Source of the DNA: an uncultured bacterium
GTDB taxonomy: Bacteria; Oederibacteriota; JAAXVQ01; JAUVAV01
Assembly (NCBI GenBank): GCA_963710755.1
Contig: CAVQBK010000003.1
Coordinates: 224,001 to 288,000 of the forward strand
Direction of reading: 5' to 3'
DNA: 64,000 nucleotides
In this document: positions 48,416 to 59,275 of the stretch, piece by piece
Layout of the letters: each line of letters starts with the position of its first letter
How positions within the stretch are numbered: position 1 is the stretch's first letter
Program-made: the position numbers and the translations under genes
The notes under the pieces: generated by a model
What the model was told of the DNA's origin: nothing
The model's database searches: none
The model's input: only the letters and a program-made list of their open reading frames with translations

Positions 48416-49093
48416 TTAAGGCTCCAAGGGGAGGCCAAAAAAAGCTTCTTGGCTGTTCCATAATTTTTTTTGCAGCTCCCGGTCCACGATATTACGGGGT
48501 TGGTTATCAGGATCCCAGGTGGTGGTCGTAAGTACCACCGCGACCTCTGCCCCCGAAGAAACCAGCAGGCTCTGCGTACGCCCCAGGTATTTAAGCATAT
48601 ACAGACGCACGATCAGGACCCGGGCGCTGCCCATGCGCCTGATGGCATAGTCATAATCTTGTTGGGGATAAGCGGCTTGGTTTTGATAGGCTGATCCATC
48701 GGCTTGCGGCGCTTGGGGCCGCGACAAGGTAGGCTGACCGGCAGGGATCACCGGCAGGGCCAGCGGCTGTTGTTGCCAATGGCCGGAGACCGTGATCGCT
48801 TTAACCTGTGCTTGTTGGGGAATAGATATCCATACCTCCCGGCATGGTAGCAGGGGCTGCCCCGGAATTTGGAGCAAACCTGCATCCCCTTCTGTGGATA
48901 CCAGGTGTGTCCAATGGTCGTTGGCCGTGCAGGTAAAGGCCAGGGGAGAAGCATGAAAATGGAGGCGCGCTTCCTGCCGGGAGGCTTCAAAGGCAGCTCT
49001 GGCCGCGGCGCTGGTGAGAACCGGCATTAATAGCAACCACGTTACCATAATACTTACCCCACCGAATCTTGCACGCAAGCCCAGACGGGTCAT
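48416..49093 (-). CDS. Stand-alone C25 propeptide-like protein
   Basis: PGQPLLP...ISIP, VIPAGQP, AYQNQAAYP propeptide pattern; signal peptide; GAGGA RBS. Confidence 0.7.
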   Translation of the reverse strand: MTRLGLRARFGGVSIMVTWLLLMPVLTSAAARAAFEASRQEARLHFHASPLAFTCTANDHWTHLVSTEGDAGLLQIPGQPLLPCREVWISIPQQAQVKAITVSGHWQQQPLALPVIPAGQPTLSRPQAPQADGSAYQNQAAYPQQDYDYAIRRMGSARVLIVRLYMLKYLGRTQSLLVSSGAEVAVVLTTTTWDPDNQPRNIVDRELQKKLWNSQEAFFGLPLEP

Positions 49094-49307
49094 GGCTATT
49101 CCTCTCTTATCCATACATATTCAGCTTTATCGGCTAGGCGCTGATGTCCAAAGGTAGCGCATTGTACCATGATAAGCGGAAAGGAATAAACCATGCTTTT
49201 ATATGTCATCCCAAGTGAGGCCACTGGCAGGTCCTTGCGCTATTAGCATGTCAATAGACCGGGCGGAGGAGGCTCGGCCGGAACCTAAATCGTGCCCTCA
49301 ACCCTGG

Positions 49308-50030
49308 TTAGGCCGCTATTTCTTCCAGCAGCATGGTCTTGAGGAGGAGTTCGATTTTTTCCGGTGTGTGCAGGTATTCGGTATTCACCAGCTGCGCGAT
49401 TTTGTGCATGACCAGATGGCTGATAGCGCCTTTGGCCAGCTTGCGGTTGGTAAAGTTCTCGTTATGAATGACAATAGGCTTGCCGATTTTGATATGACAA
49501 CGGGCGATGCCGGGCAGTTTTTTATGCCGCGGCCAGGCCTGGTAAAACCCATTTAACCCTACCGGCACAATAGGCACATTGGCTTCCATCACCAGACTGC
49601 CCACGCCTTCTGCCGCCGGTTTGATGCGGCCGTCATCAGAGCGGGTGCCTTCCGGAAAAATGGCCACCATCTCCCCATTGGCCAGACGGTCTTTCATCTG
49701 GACAAAGACATTTTTTACAGACTTCAAGTTGGTGTAGTCAATAATAATACTGTTGGAATGAACCAGGAATTTTTTCCAAAAGGGACTCTCATATAGTTTG
49801 TGTTTGGCCAGAAAATGCAGCTTCTTTTTCAAACGGTGTTTAAACAAGGGGTAACAAATACAGAAATCAAGATAACTGACATGATTGAACACGAAAACAC
49901 AGGGCCCTTGGGGAATGTTTTCCACACCGCTTATCTTGCCCCGCAACACCAAATAAAAGTAAAGTTCAAATAAAGAGCCCATGATGTCGATATAAAAAAG
50001 ATTGAAGAGCTTGTTCCACCATCTTTTCAT
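49308..50030 (-). CDS. Lysophospholipid acyltransferase (PlsC family)
   Basis: NHVSYLD, FLAK, FPEGTRS. Confidence 0.9.
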   Translation of the reverse strand: MKRWWNKLFNLFYIDIMGSLFELYFYLVLRGKISGVENIPQGPCVFVFNHVSYLDFCICYPLFKHRLKKKLHFLAKHKLYESPFWKKFLVHSNSIIIDYTNLKSVKNVFVQMKDRLANGEMVAIFPEGTRSDDGRIKPAAEGVGSLVMEANVPIVPVGLNGFYQAWPRHKKLPGIARCHIKIGKPIVIHNENFTNRKLAKGAISHLVMHKIAQLVNTEYLHTPEKIELLLKTMLLEEIAA

Positions 50031-50263
50031 TTGCTTAACCTCTTTTCGCCATACTCTGGTAATACTATAGTGTCGTGACAATCCCGCTTCAGCCTTAGGC
50101 CTTTTTGCAGTCAGGACTATTTATTTTTGGACCAAAGGCCCGCGCCCCGTGAAAACGGCCGGCCCCCATCCTGGTGCCTGTTGCAAGCCGTGGCAATGCT
50201 TGACACCTCTTGAACGCTGTGTTTTGATAAGCACATATCGATTATGCCTAAAGGATGTGAACC

Positions 50264-51208
50264 ATGAGTGTTTCCATTAAAAGCATCTGGACGCTGGGCC
50301 TGGGTGGTGTGGGCGGTTATGTGGGCGGCCGTATTGCCGAGGCCTTGACCAAACATCCGGGCAGGCAGCATATTTATTTCATTGCCCGCGGCGAACACCT
50401 GCGCGCCATTCAACAGCAGGGATTGCGGCTCATGCTTCATGATAATCAACCCTTAATCGGCCATCCCGCCTTGGCTACCGATGATATGAGTCAATTGCCG
50501 CTGCCGGAATTGGTCATTGTGGCCGTCAAGAGCTATGATTTGCAAACGGCCTTAAAGCCGCTGGTCCCCTATGTACGGCCCGGCACCATTATCCTGCCTT
50601 TATTAAACGGCATTGACATTGTGGAGCGTTGCCGCCGGGTATTGCCTGAAGCTATTATTCTGCCGGCCTGCATTTACGTGGGCGTGCATAAGGAAGGCCC
50701 GGGGGTGATCCGCCAGCAAGGCCGGGAAAATAAGATCATCTTTGGCCCTGATCCAAAACATCTGGATCTCAACCTGACTTCCTTAAAAACGGTTTTAACC
50801 CGGGCCCATTTAAACTGCGACGAACACTATAATCCCTGGCCGGCCATCTGGTCCAAATACCTGTTCATCGCGCCGCTGGGGTTGGTCACCTCCGCTTATA
50901 ATAAAACCCTGGGTGAGGTGGCCAACGACCCCAGCCTGCTCCATCAAGTACGCCTGGTAATGGAAGAGACCCGCGCCCTGGCTCTGGCTAAAGATATTGT
51001 GCTGCCCAAGGATATTGTGGAAAGCACTTTAAAAAAACTCCGTGATTTCCCACCGGAGACTAAAACCTCCTACCAGCGCGATGTGGAAACTCCGGGCAAA
51101 GCCAACGAAGGCGAACTATTCGGCCCTACCATTATCCGGCTGGGCCAAGAGCTCAACCGCGCCACACCCATGACGGAAAAACTAACGGCCTTGCTTGGCC
51201 TGGCATGA
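50264..51208 (+). CDS. panE: 2-dehydropantoate 2-reductase
   Basis: GLGGVGG, VKSYD, LLNG, WSKY, SYQRD. Confidence 0.88.
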   Translation: MSVSIKSIWTLGLGGVGGYVGGRIAEALTKHPGRQHIYFIARGEHLRAIQQQGLRLMLHDNQPLIGHPALATDDMSQLPLPELVIVAVKSYDLQTALKPLVPYVRPGTIILPLLNGIDIVERCRRVLPEAIILPACIYVGVHKEGPGVIRQQGRENKIIFGPDPKHLDLNLTSLKTVLTRAHLNCDEHYNPWPAIWSKYLFIAPLGLVTSAYNKTLGEVANDPSLLHQVRLVMEETRALALAKDIVLPKDIVESTLKKLRDFPPETKTSYQRDVETPGKANEGELFGPTIIRLGQELNRATPMTEKLTALLGLA

Positions 51209-52131
51209 ACCCTGCGGCGACTAGGCCCAAAGTCCTGGTCCCTGGAAGTGTGCTGCTCGATCACTATGCGGATAGCGGCCGGCGCTTTCTGGGCGGTGCT
51301 TGTTTTAATTTTGCCTACCATATGCATCATCTTTTGGGAAACGTGGATTTTTTAAGCCGTGTGGGCCACGATGACGCCGGGCAATTTATTCTGACAGAAC
51401 TCGAACGCCGTCACTTTCCCACCCATTTAATCCAAAAGGACTTGCACAAGCCCACTAAAACCGTGCAGGTCCGGAAGGATGACCACCATGAGCCTTATTA
51501 CCTTATCAGCCGTGACGTGGCCACGGACTATTTGGAGATGCCGGGCCTGACCGATACACAATTAAAGGCTTACCAGTTGGTTTATTTCGGCACCACCATT
51601 CAAAGCGCACCCCGCAGCCGCGCGACGGTGCGCCAATTGCTGGCCCAAACTTCGGGGCTCACCTTATGCGACATCAATCTGCGGCCCGGCCAATATACAC
51701 CTGAAACCATTGCTAATGCCCTGCATACCTGCAGCGCCTTGAAACTTAACCATCAAGAGCTGGAGTCCATTGCCCGTCTTTATGCCCTGCAGGGCACGCT
51801 CGAAGAGCAGCTGTATCAATTGGCCCGGCGGTTTGCCATTCCCAGCATTTGCCTGACCATGGCTGCTGAAGGCAGCTTGCTTTATCAGGACCGGGCCTTT
51901 TCCCAGGGCAGCGCTACGCCCGGACCGGTACGGGATACGGTAGGCGCTGGTGATGCCTTTAGCGCCATTTATGCGCTCGGCCTGCTGCTGGGGTGGCCGC
52001 CCTCCACCATGCTTGACTTGGCTTCCCGTTTTGCCTATGCCATCTGCACCATCGAAGGTGCCGTGCCGGCTGGACCAGATTTTTATGCGCCCTGGAAACA
52101 GCAGGTGCAGCACGCCGGCCGGCCTGCTTAA
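51205..52131 (+). CDS. PfkB-family carbohydrate kinase
   Basis: GGACFNFA, DINLR, DTVGAGDAF. Confidence 0.92.
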   Translation: MNPAATRPKVLVPGSVLLDHYADSGRRFLGGACFNFAYHMHHLLGNVDFLSRVGHDDAGQFILTELERRHFPTHLIQKDLHKPTKTVQVRKDDHHEPYYLISRDVATDYLEMPGLTDTQLKAYQLVYFGTTIQSAPRSRATVRQLLAQTSGLTLCDINLRPGQYTPETIANALHTCSALKLNHQELESIARLYALQGTLEEQLYQLARRFAIPSICLTMAAEGSLLYQDRAFSQGSATPGPVRDTVGAGDAFSAIYALGLLLGWPPSTMLDLASRFAYAICTIEGAVPAGPDFYAPWKQQVQHAGRPA

Positions 52132-52224
52132 ATTCTGCTTTTGATCCTCACATTCTCCCGGGACGTGTGTCTAATAGGATAGCAGCATGCTGGTGGCGTA
52201 ATAACATTTTGAGGGAGGGGAGCC

Positions 52225-53127
52225 ATGAGCAAGGAGCCGAAGGAAAGCATGAATGGCAAGACGGTTTTAATCACCGGCGCTACCTCGGGCATTGGAGAGG
52301 CCACAGCCTTGGCATTGGCCAAACGCGGCGCGCGCCTGGTGTTGGTGGCCCGCAATGCCGATCGCGCCGCACAAACCCGCACCCGTATTCTGCAAGAGGC
52401 GCGCCATTATGATGTTCATTTTATAATGGCCGACCTTTCCTCCCAGGATTCCATCCGCGAGCTGGCCCGGCGGTTCCAGGAAAAATTTGACCGTTTGGAT
52501 GTGCTCATCAACAATGCCGGTGGCGCGTGGAACAAACGAACCCTAACAGTGGATGGACTGGAAATGACTTTTGCCGTCGATTATCTGGCTTATTTTCTTT
52601 TAACCCATTTGTTGCTCGATGTCCTCAAAGCCAGCGCGCCCAGCCGGATCATCAATGTCAGCTCCGCCGCCAACCTGCAAGGCCATATTCATTTTGACGA
52701 TCTCCAAGGCGAGCATCTTTATCAGCCTTACCGGGCTTACGGCCAAGCCAAGCTGGCTGGGGTGATGTTTACCTACGAGCTGGCCCGGCGCCTGCAAGGC
52801 ACGGGGGTGACCGTCAATTGTCTCCATCCCGGAGTGGTGCGCACACGCATCTGGCGGCAGGAAGGCAGCGTGCTGTTAAAACTGTTTGAAAAATTTTATT
52901 CCTTATTTATGCTCAGCCCGGAACAAGGCGCAGCCACCTCTGTTTATCTGGCCACAGCCCGGGAATTAACCAATGTCACCGGCGCTTATTTTGACAAACA
53001 AAAAGCCGTGGCCAGCAATCCTTTTAGCTACGATCTCCAAGCCTGCAAGCGTTTGTGGACCATCAGTGAAAACCTGACCGGCCTGCACCATCAGTCCGGC
53101 TCAGAGCGCGAGCGTCGCGCCGGTTAA
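52225..53127 (+). CDS. Short-chain dehydrogenase (retinol-DH-like)
   Basis: TGATSGIG, NNAG, YGQAK, HPG. Confidence 0.93.
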   Translation: MSKEPKESMNGKTVLITGATSGIGEATALALAKRGARLVLVARNADRAAQTRTRILQEARHYDVHFIMADLSSQDSIRELARRFQEKFDRLDVLINNAGGAWNKRTLTVDGLEMTFAVDYLAYFLLTHLLLDVLKASAPSRIINVSSAANLQGHIHFDDLQGEHLYQPYRAYGQAKLAGVMFTYELARRLQGTGVTVNCLHPGVVRTRIWRQEGSVLLKLFEKFYSLFMLSPEQGAATSVYLATARELTNVTGAYFDKQKAVASNPFSYDLQACKRLWTISENLTGLHHQSGSERERRAG

Positions 53128-53913
53128 GCGTTCGCTCAACGCCCACAACTCGTCCTGCACCTGTTGATCCAGGGCCACCGCTGCCGGCGCCTCCGGTTGG
53201 CGATTCACCACGTATTGTCCATTCCAGTCGGCCGCCAAAGGCGACGTGACCAAAAAGTCCAGGGTCTCCGAGCGGGTGGGCATGTGAGGCGAGCCGCCGT
53301 AAAAGGTGCGCAGCAACTTGGTGTTGATCACACCCGGATGACAGGCATTAATGCGTACGGGCTGCTGTTGTAAGCGACGTACCAGACCGAAGGTAAATAA
53401 TAGGTTGCACAATTTGCTCAGCGCATAGGCGTGCTGGGGATCATAATGGCGTTCCCCCTGAAGATTGTTGACATCCCAGCTGCGGCTGTGCACCTGCGAG
53501 CTCACATTGATAATATGCGCCTTGGGTGCCTGCAGCAGCAACGGTATTAATTCCAAAGTCAACAAAAAAGGCGCCAGATGGTTGACCCCAAAGGTCGTCT
53601 CATGGCCGTCCTGGGTCAGGGTCCGTTCTGGTTGGATGGTGCCGGCATTGTTGACCAAAATGTCAAGATGATCAAGCTTCTCCTGCAAGGTTCGCCCCAG
53701 TGTGCGCACAGCTTCGAGATCGGCGAAATCGGCATTAACATAAGTTACCTTGCCCCGTGTTTCCCGGGCCATCAAGGCTTCCATGATCTGCGCGCCTTTT
53801 TTAAGCTGACGGCCGTGTAGGATGACCTCATAATCTTGTTGCGCCAAACTTTTAGCCAAGGCCAGACCAATGCCATCAGTGGCGCCGGTGATTAAAACCA
53901 CTTGCGGTGTCAT
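53101..53913 (-). CDS. Short-chain dehydrogenase (retinol-DH-like)
   Basis: TGATDGIG, NNAG, YALSK, HPG. Confidence 0.93.
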   Translation of the reverse strand: MTPQVVLITGATDGIGLALAKSLAQQDYEVILHGRQLKKGAQIMEALMARETRGKVTYVNADFADLEAVRTLGRTLQEKLDHLDILVNNAGTIQPERTLTQDGHETTFGVNHLAPFLLTLELIPLLLQAPKAHIINVSSQVHSRSWDVNNLQGERHYDPQHAYALSKLCNLLFTFGLVRRLQQQPVRINACHPGVINTKLLRTFYGGSPHMPTRSETLDFLVTSPLAADWNGQYVVNRQPEAPAAVALDQQVQDELWALSERLTGATLAL

Positions 53914-54090
53914 GCGCGTCTCCTTTTCCCAATCATTTTAATTATTTAGACCCTGCCTGGGCACGCGAGTCCGGCGGAATCACCGGAAGCCTTAATCAAG
54001 CTCAACCCCAAGACCATGACTTTTTGATTCAGCCTCTTGGTGATTCACGGTACAATACGGCCATCACCCCATCCTACGGGAGGTGCGCTC

Positions 54091-57000
54091 ATGAACCGGC
54101 TCATTCAATATTTTATTGAACGCAAGCTTTTGGTGTACCTGCTTTCTTTACTGATCATCGCGGCCGGGTTCATGGCCGCCTTGGGCATGCGCCGTCAGGT
54201 ACTGCCTGATGTGGATATGCTTATGGTCCAGATCACCACGATCTACCCCGCGGCCTCGGCCCGCGATGTGGAGTTGAACGTCACTGTTCCCCTGGAGGAA
54301 AAACTCCTGGAAGTGGATGGTATAAAAAAACTCCGCAGCGTGTCCATGGAAAATTTCTCCCAAATTATCATCAACCTCGACCCCGACATGCAGGACGTGG
54401 ACAAGGTTAAAGCCAATATCCGCCGCGCCGTGGATCAGGTCACCGACCTGCCCAAGGAAATCACGCAGCGACCGGCCATTGCCGAATGGGATACCAGCTG
54501 GGTGCCCATCGCTATTCTGGGTCTGCATGGCGACAGCTTGACGGAAAAGCAACTGCGTCAGATAGCCAATCGTTTGGAAAAAGAAATCGAAGCCCTGCCC
54601 GGCGTTGCCCGCGTGGACAAACTGTCCTTCCGCGATCCCGAGATCCGCGTGGCCGTCTCACGGGAAAAGTTGAACCGCTATTATCTCACTCTGCAGGATG
54701 TGGCCCTGGCCATTAGAAACCGTAACATCCGCCTTACCGGCGGCACCATGGAATCCTTCAGTGACGAAACCTCGGTGCTGACCTTGGCTGAATTCAACCA
54801 GCCCGAGGACATCAGCAATGTCATTATCCGCTCCAATTTTGAAGGCAACAAAATCGTGGTGCGCGATGTGGCCCGGGTGGAGGACGGCCTGGCCGAACGC
54901 CATTTCGAACACCGCATCAACGGCTTGTCCGGTTTGGCCCTGCGCATTCATAAGAAAAAAAGCGCTGACAGCGTGCACGTCATGGAAGCTGTGGAAAAGC
55001 ATCTGGCTAAAATCAAACCATCACTGCCACCCAGTTTGGTAATCCAGAAAGTGCGCGATTCTTCAGTGCCCACGGTGCGGCGGTTGCACATCCTGCAGAA
55101 CAATGCCATCATCGGGTTTGTGCTGCTCATGGCCATCTTAATCATGTTTCTCAATCTGCGCATTGCTTTCTGGACCGCCATGGGCATTCCCATTGCCCTA
55201 TCCGTGGGTGCCCTGGCCCATGTGGCCACCGGTGGCAGCAATGACAGCATCTCTATTATGGTCTTTATTCAGGTCCTGGGCATGCTGGTGGATGACGCCA
55301 TTGTGGTGGCGGAAAATATTCATCGCCACCGCGAAGAAGGCATGACTGCACCGGAAGCAGCTTTAAAAGGCGTCAAGGAAGTAGCCGCGCCCATCATGGC
55401 CACCGTCAGCACCACCATTGTGGCTTTTCTGCCCCTTTTGGCCCTGGGCGGTATGCTGGGTCTGTTCATCCGCATGATCCCCATTATTATTGCCGGTACC
55501 TTGCTGGGTTCGGTTATAGAATCTTTTTTCTTTTTACCCAGCCATTTGGCCCAGGAGAAACCGCGTCAAAGCCCGTCCCGGGCTCTGGCGGATCCGCTCT
55601 TTAATCACCTGCGCCGCCTCTATGCCCGGGGCCTGGGCTGGGCGTTGCGCCATAAAGGCACGGTCTTGCTTTGCGCCGGTCTGCTGCTGATGGCAGGCGG
55701 CTACTTGGGCATTCACCATTTAAAATTTGTACTTTTCCCAGTGGATGCTGCGGAGGACACCTTTGCCATCATCGAGACCCCGGTGGGCAGTTCCTACCAG
55801 TCCACATTGCAAAGCGTGATCGCCGTGGAAAAAATCATCCGCCAATTACCTCATCAGGAATGGGAAAGTTTTGAGACTTTTGTGGGTTCAGCGGAAGCCC
55901 CTGATGGCAGTGAAATGACTGCTGACAACCTGGCCATGATATACCTTAAACTAACCCCCTATCAGGAGAAGCGCCAACGTACGGCCGCACAGATTCTGGA
56001 TGAATTGCGCACCAGGGCCGAGGCGCTCCCGGGCATTGCCAGTGTGCAGTTCAATGTAGACGGTGGCGGCCCACCGGTCGGCCGACCGGTGGAATTGAAT
56101 ATTATCGGTGACAACGAAAAAGCCCAGCGGCTCATTTTGGATCAGGTAATGGCTTATCTTGACCGCCTGCCGGGCGTCCTCGATCCCACGTCCGATCTCA
56201 AGCATGCCCGTGATGAGGAGGTGGTCACCTTGAATCATGACAAGCTGGCCGCCGTGGGGCTGACCGCTGCGGACATTGCCGCCACCATCCGCATGGCCTA
56301 TCAGGGTGATATTATCTCCTCCATTCGCTTTGTCCAGGAAGAAGTGGACATCCGCCTGCACTTACAGGCCCAGGACCGCCGGAGTCCACAAGCCTTGTTT
56401 TCCCTCATGGTGCGCAACCACGACGGCAAGCTCATTCCCTTGCGCCAATTAATTACCCTTACCCGCCGGCCGGCCCTGCAGGGTATCCGTCATTACACCG
56501 GCCAACGGGTGGTGACCGTGACCGCAGACGTGGACAACAAGATCACCACCTCCCAGGAAATAAATCAAAAGATTATGGATCACTTCCAGAATATTGCCCA
56601 GCAGTTTCCGGGCATGCGCTTGCTGGCAGGCGGCGAGGCGGAGGAATCAGCAGCGCTCATGAAGAATATGACCCGGGCCGCCATCCTGGCGGTACTGGCC
56701 ATTTACTTTATTTTAATTCTTTTGCTGCGCTCCGTGCTCCAGCCTCTGATCATCCTGCTGGCTATTCCCTTTGGTCTTATTGGCGTGATGCTGGCCTTCT
56801 GGCTGCAGGGCATGACCATCGGGTTCATGGCCTTGCTGGGTATGCTGGGCATGAGCGGGGTGGTGGTCAATGACTCCCTGATTATTCTCAGTTTTATTCA
56901 TCAGCTGGTTCACGAACGGCGTGAAAACAACCGGCCCAGTCATGAGACCATTATCGCCGCTGCCACCACCCGGTTGCGGCCGGTGATTCTCACCACCCTA

Positions 57001-57204
57001 ACCACGGCCGTAGCCTTGATTCCCACGGCCTACGGCCTGGGGGGCAAGGATTTCTTTGTACAACCCATGGTCATGGCCATGCTCTGGGGTATTGTCTTTG
57101 CCACTGCGCTTACCTTGCTTTGGGTGCCGACCTTATACGCCGTGGGCCAGGCCATTCGCCAACAAGTGGTGACCTGGGGACCCGGCAACGCCAAGACTAT
57201 GTAA
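54091..57204 (+). CDS. RND efflux permease (AcrB/D/F family)
   Basis: GMLVDDAIVVAEN, GVVVNDS, RLRPVILTTLTT; GGAGG RBS before ATG 54091. Confidence 0.93.
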   Translation: MNRLIQYFIERKLLVYLLSLLIIAAGFMAALGMRRQVLPDVDMLMVQITTIYPAASARDVELNVTVPLEEKLLEVDGIKKLRSVSMENFSQIIINLDPDMQDVDKVKANIRRAVDQVTDLPKEITQRPAIAEWDTSWVPIAILGLHGDSLTEKQLRQIANRLEKEIEALPGVARVDKLSFRDPEIRVAVSREKLNRYYLTLQDVALAIRNRNIRLTGGTMESFSDETSVLTLAEFNQPEDISNVIIRSNFEGNKIVVRDVARVEDGLAERHFEHRINGLSGLALRIHKKKSADSVHVMEAVEKHLAKIKPSLPPSLVIQKVRDSSVPTVRRLHILQNNAIIGFVLLMAILIMFLNLRIAFWTAMGIPIALSVGALAHVATGGSNDSISIMVFIQVLGMLVDDAIVVAENIHRHREEGMTAPEAALKGVKEVAAPIMATVSTTIVAFLPLLALGGMLGLFIRMIPIIIAGTLLGSVIESFFFLPSHLAQEKPRQSPSRALADPLFNHLRRLYARGLGWALRHKGTVLLCAGLLLMAGGYLGIHHLKFVLFPVDAAEDTFAIIETPVGSSYQSTLQSVIAVEKIIRQLPHQEWESFETFVGSAEAPDGSEMTADNLAMIYLKLTPYQEKRQRTAAQILDELRTRAEALPGIASVQFNVDGGGPPVGRPVELNIIGDNEKAQRLILDQVMAYLDRLPGVLDPTSDLKHARDEEVVTLNHDKLAAVGLTAADIAATIRMAYQGDIISSIRFVQEEVDIRLHLQAQDRRSPQALFSLMVRNHDGKLIPLRQLITLTRRPALQGIRHYTGQRVVTVTADVDNKITTSQEINQKIMDHFQNIAQQFPGMRLLAGGEAEESAALMKNMTRAAILAVLAIYFILILLLRSVLQPLIILLAIPFGLIGVMLAFWLQGMTIGFMALLGMLGMSGVVVNDSLIILSFIHQLVHERRENNRPSHETIIAAATTRLRPVILTTLTTAVALIPTAYGLGGKDFFVQPMVMAMLWGIVFATALTLLWVPTLYAVGQAIRQQVVTWGPGNAKTM

Positions 57205-57231
57205 ACACAACGTATTGGACAAAAAAGAAAT

Positions 57232-58248
57232 TCAGGCCGACGGGGTTAGCGGCAAGGCGATGACAAAGGACGTGCCCAGCTCCTGGCCGGGAAGGGGGGA
57301 GATCACTGCAATGGTGCCGCCGTGCGCTTCCACCGCCAGTTTGCAAAAAGCCAGGCCCAGGCCCGTGCCGGAGAGCTGTTTGTCTTTGGCATTGACCCGG
57401 GAAAAAAGCTCGAAAATTTTGGTGTGGTATTCCGCCGGGATGGGATCGCCCAGATTGGTCACGCCGATATAAACCTGGTCAGCGTCTTTGGACAAGGTCA
57501 CGGTCACGGTGCTGTTATCGGGCGAATATTTAATGCTGTTGTTGAGCAGATTGTTGACGATGCGTTCGATAATGTCTCCATCTACGGTGAGCTCCAATTT
57601 TTCCAAGCTCGCTTGGAACTGCAGCTCCACTTTTTTAACCTGGGTGGTCTTGCGCATGTTGTTGACCGCCTGAGACAATAATCCGACCAGCTCCGTGGCT
57701 TGCAGCTTGAGTTGAAATTCCTTGGTTTGCATGCGGCTGATGAACAACATCTCCTCCATCATGCGAAACAATACCTTGGCCTGCCGGTGAGAATCCACAA
57801 CAAATTCCCTGAGCACGGGCTCCAGCCCCAGGTCGTCTTTTATTTCCAATAACCGCAGGGTACCCATGATCACCGTGAGCGGATTTTTCATATCATGCAC
57901 GATCATGTGGGTTAGGGCTTCCTTGGTCTTGTTCAATTCCAGCAATTGTTCGGCTTGCTGCTCCAGGTGCTGTTTGGAGGCCTCCAATTCATGGGTGCGC
58001 GCTTTGACTTTGCTTTCCAACTCCTGGTTAAAATGGGTCAGTTCCTCGTTAAGCTGGCGCAGTTTTTCATTTTGCGCCAAATTATCGGCGACGACTTTTT
58101 CATTTTCATTTTGCCTGGTCTCGATTTCCTGCTTGAGTTGACGGATACGCACGGTCTGCTTTTTCAAGGCATGACGCAGTTCGGCCTCGCTCATCCGATC
58201 AAGGTCTGGGTTGGGTGCTGAAGATGTTTCCGACATGGGCAATTCCAT
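57232..58248 (-). CDS. Cytoplasmic sensor histidine kinase with coiled coil
   Basis: H-box VHDMKNPL, N-box NLLNNSIKY, G-box GTGLGL. Confidence 0.92.
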   Translation of the reverse strand: MELPMSETSSAPNPDLDRMSEAELRHALKKQTVRIRQLKQEIETRQNENEKVVADNLAQNEKLRQLNEELTHFNQELESKVKARTHELEASKQHLEQQAEQLLELNKTKEALTHMIVHDMKNPLTVIMGTLRLLEIKDDLGLEPVLREFVVDSHRQAKVLFRMMEEMLFISRMQTKEFQLKLQATELVGLLSQAVNNMRKTTQVKKVELQFQASLEKLELTVDGDIIERIVNNLLNNSIKYSPDNSTVTVTLSKDADQVYIGVTNLGDPIPAEYHTKIFELFSRVNAKDKQLSGTGLGLAFCKLAVEAHGGTIAVISPLPGQELGTSFVIALPLTPSA

Positions 58249-58306
58249 CTTTCCGGTTTTAGGTTGTGCTCTCCCTACGCCTCCGCCGTATTTACAGCGC
58301 AGCTGG

Positions 58307-59161
58307 TTATATCAGCATGGAGGTCAGATTTTCTTCCTGCTCCTGAAAATCTTCCAGCAAAATTTCCACATCCACTTCTTCCCATCCCAAGTGGTCCAGG
58401 ATATCCTGTTCCATTTTAGGTTCACGGCCATAATGGAAGCCGTACTTGGCCTGCATCACCAACTTGTCCGCCAAATAGATAACCACCGCACTGCTTTGAT
58501 GGTCCTCCGGTGCCTGCAGGGGATTGTGATGATGCTTGAGAATGACCGCCATTTTTTCCGGCAGGGACCATTTTTCACACATGCGGTGGGTAATGCTGGC
58601 ATGATCGGTTTGAAAGGCTTCGTTTTCCAAGTTCAAAATGCCGGCATCCTCGGTTTTTAACTTTTCCAAGATAGCATTGACCACATCTGGATAAAATTGG
58701 GCTTCCACGAGCAGGCCCATATCATGCAGAATGCCCATGGTGAAAAATTCCTCTGCATCGCCGATCTTCAGACGGCGCGCCATCATACGGGCGCACACCC
58801 CCACGCCCACCGAATGCTTCCATAAATTCTGGGGACTCATGGCCGTGGTTTCCATTTTTTTATTGAACAATTCATTGGCACTGGCCTGGAAAGCCAGACT
58901 CTTGATCAGGTTAATCCCCAAAATGGAAAGCGCTGTGTGTATATTGCTTATTTTTTGCGACAGCCCATAAAATGCGGAATTGGCCAGGCTCAGGATTTTA
59001 AAGGAGAAATTGGTATCCATCTTGACGATTTCTTCCAGCTTGGCCAGATTGGAATTGGGGTCATCGATAGTAGCCAAAATCTTGGTCAAGGTCTGCGGCA
59101 TGGGAAACACTTTTTCCAGTTTTTTGTCCAACTCTTGAAAATCAATTTTGGTCGTTTCCAT
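58307..59161 (-). CDS. HDOD-domain protein
   Basis: LSLANSAFYG, WKHS, GILHDMG, WSLP. Confidence 0.92.
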   Translation of the reverse strand: METTKIDFQELDKKLEKVFPMPQTLTKILATIDDPNSNLAKLEEIVKMDTNFSFKILSLANSAFYGLSQKISNIHTALSILGINLIKSLAFQASANELFNKKMETTAMSPQNLWKHSVGVGVCARMMARRLKIGDAEEFFTMGILHDMGLLVEAQFYPDVVNAILEKLKTEDAGILNLENEAFQTDHASITHRMCEKWSLPEKMAVILKHHHNPLQAPEDHQSSAVVIYLADKLVMQAKYGFHYGREPKMEQDILDHLGWEEVDVEILLEDFQEQEENLTSMLI

Positions 59162-59275
59162 AAAGCCCGCCTGCTGTCATAAATGATGATAAGGTCACTC
59201 TTTTAGTAACGGTAGGGCGGGCTTGAGATTTAGACACCCCTGGGAAAAAAGCCTGTTGCTGCCGGAAACCACGAT

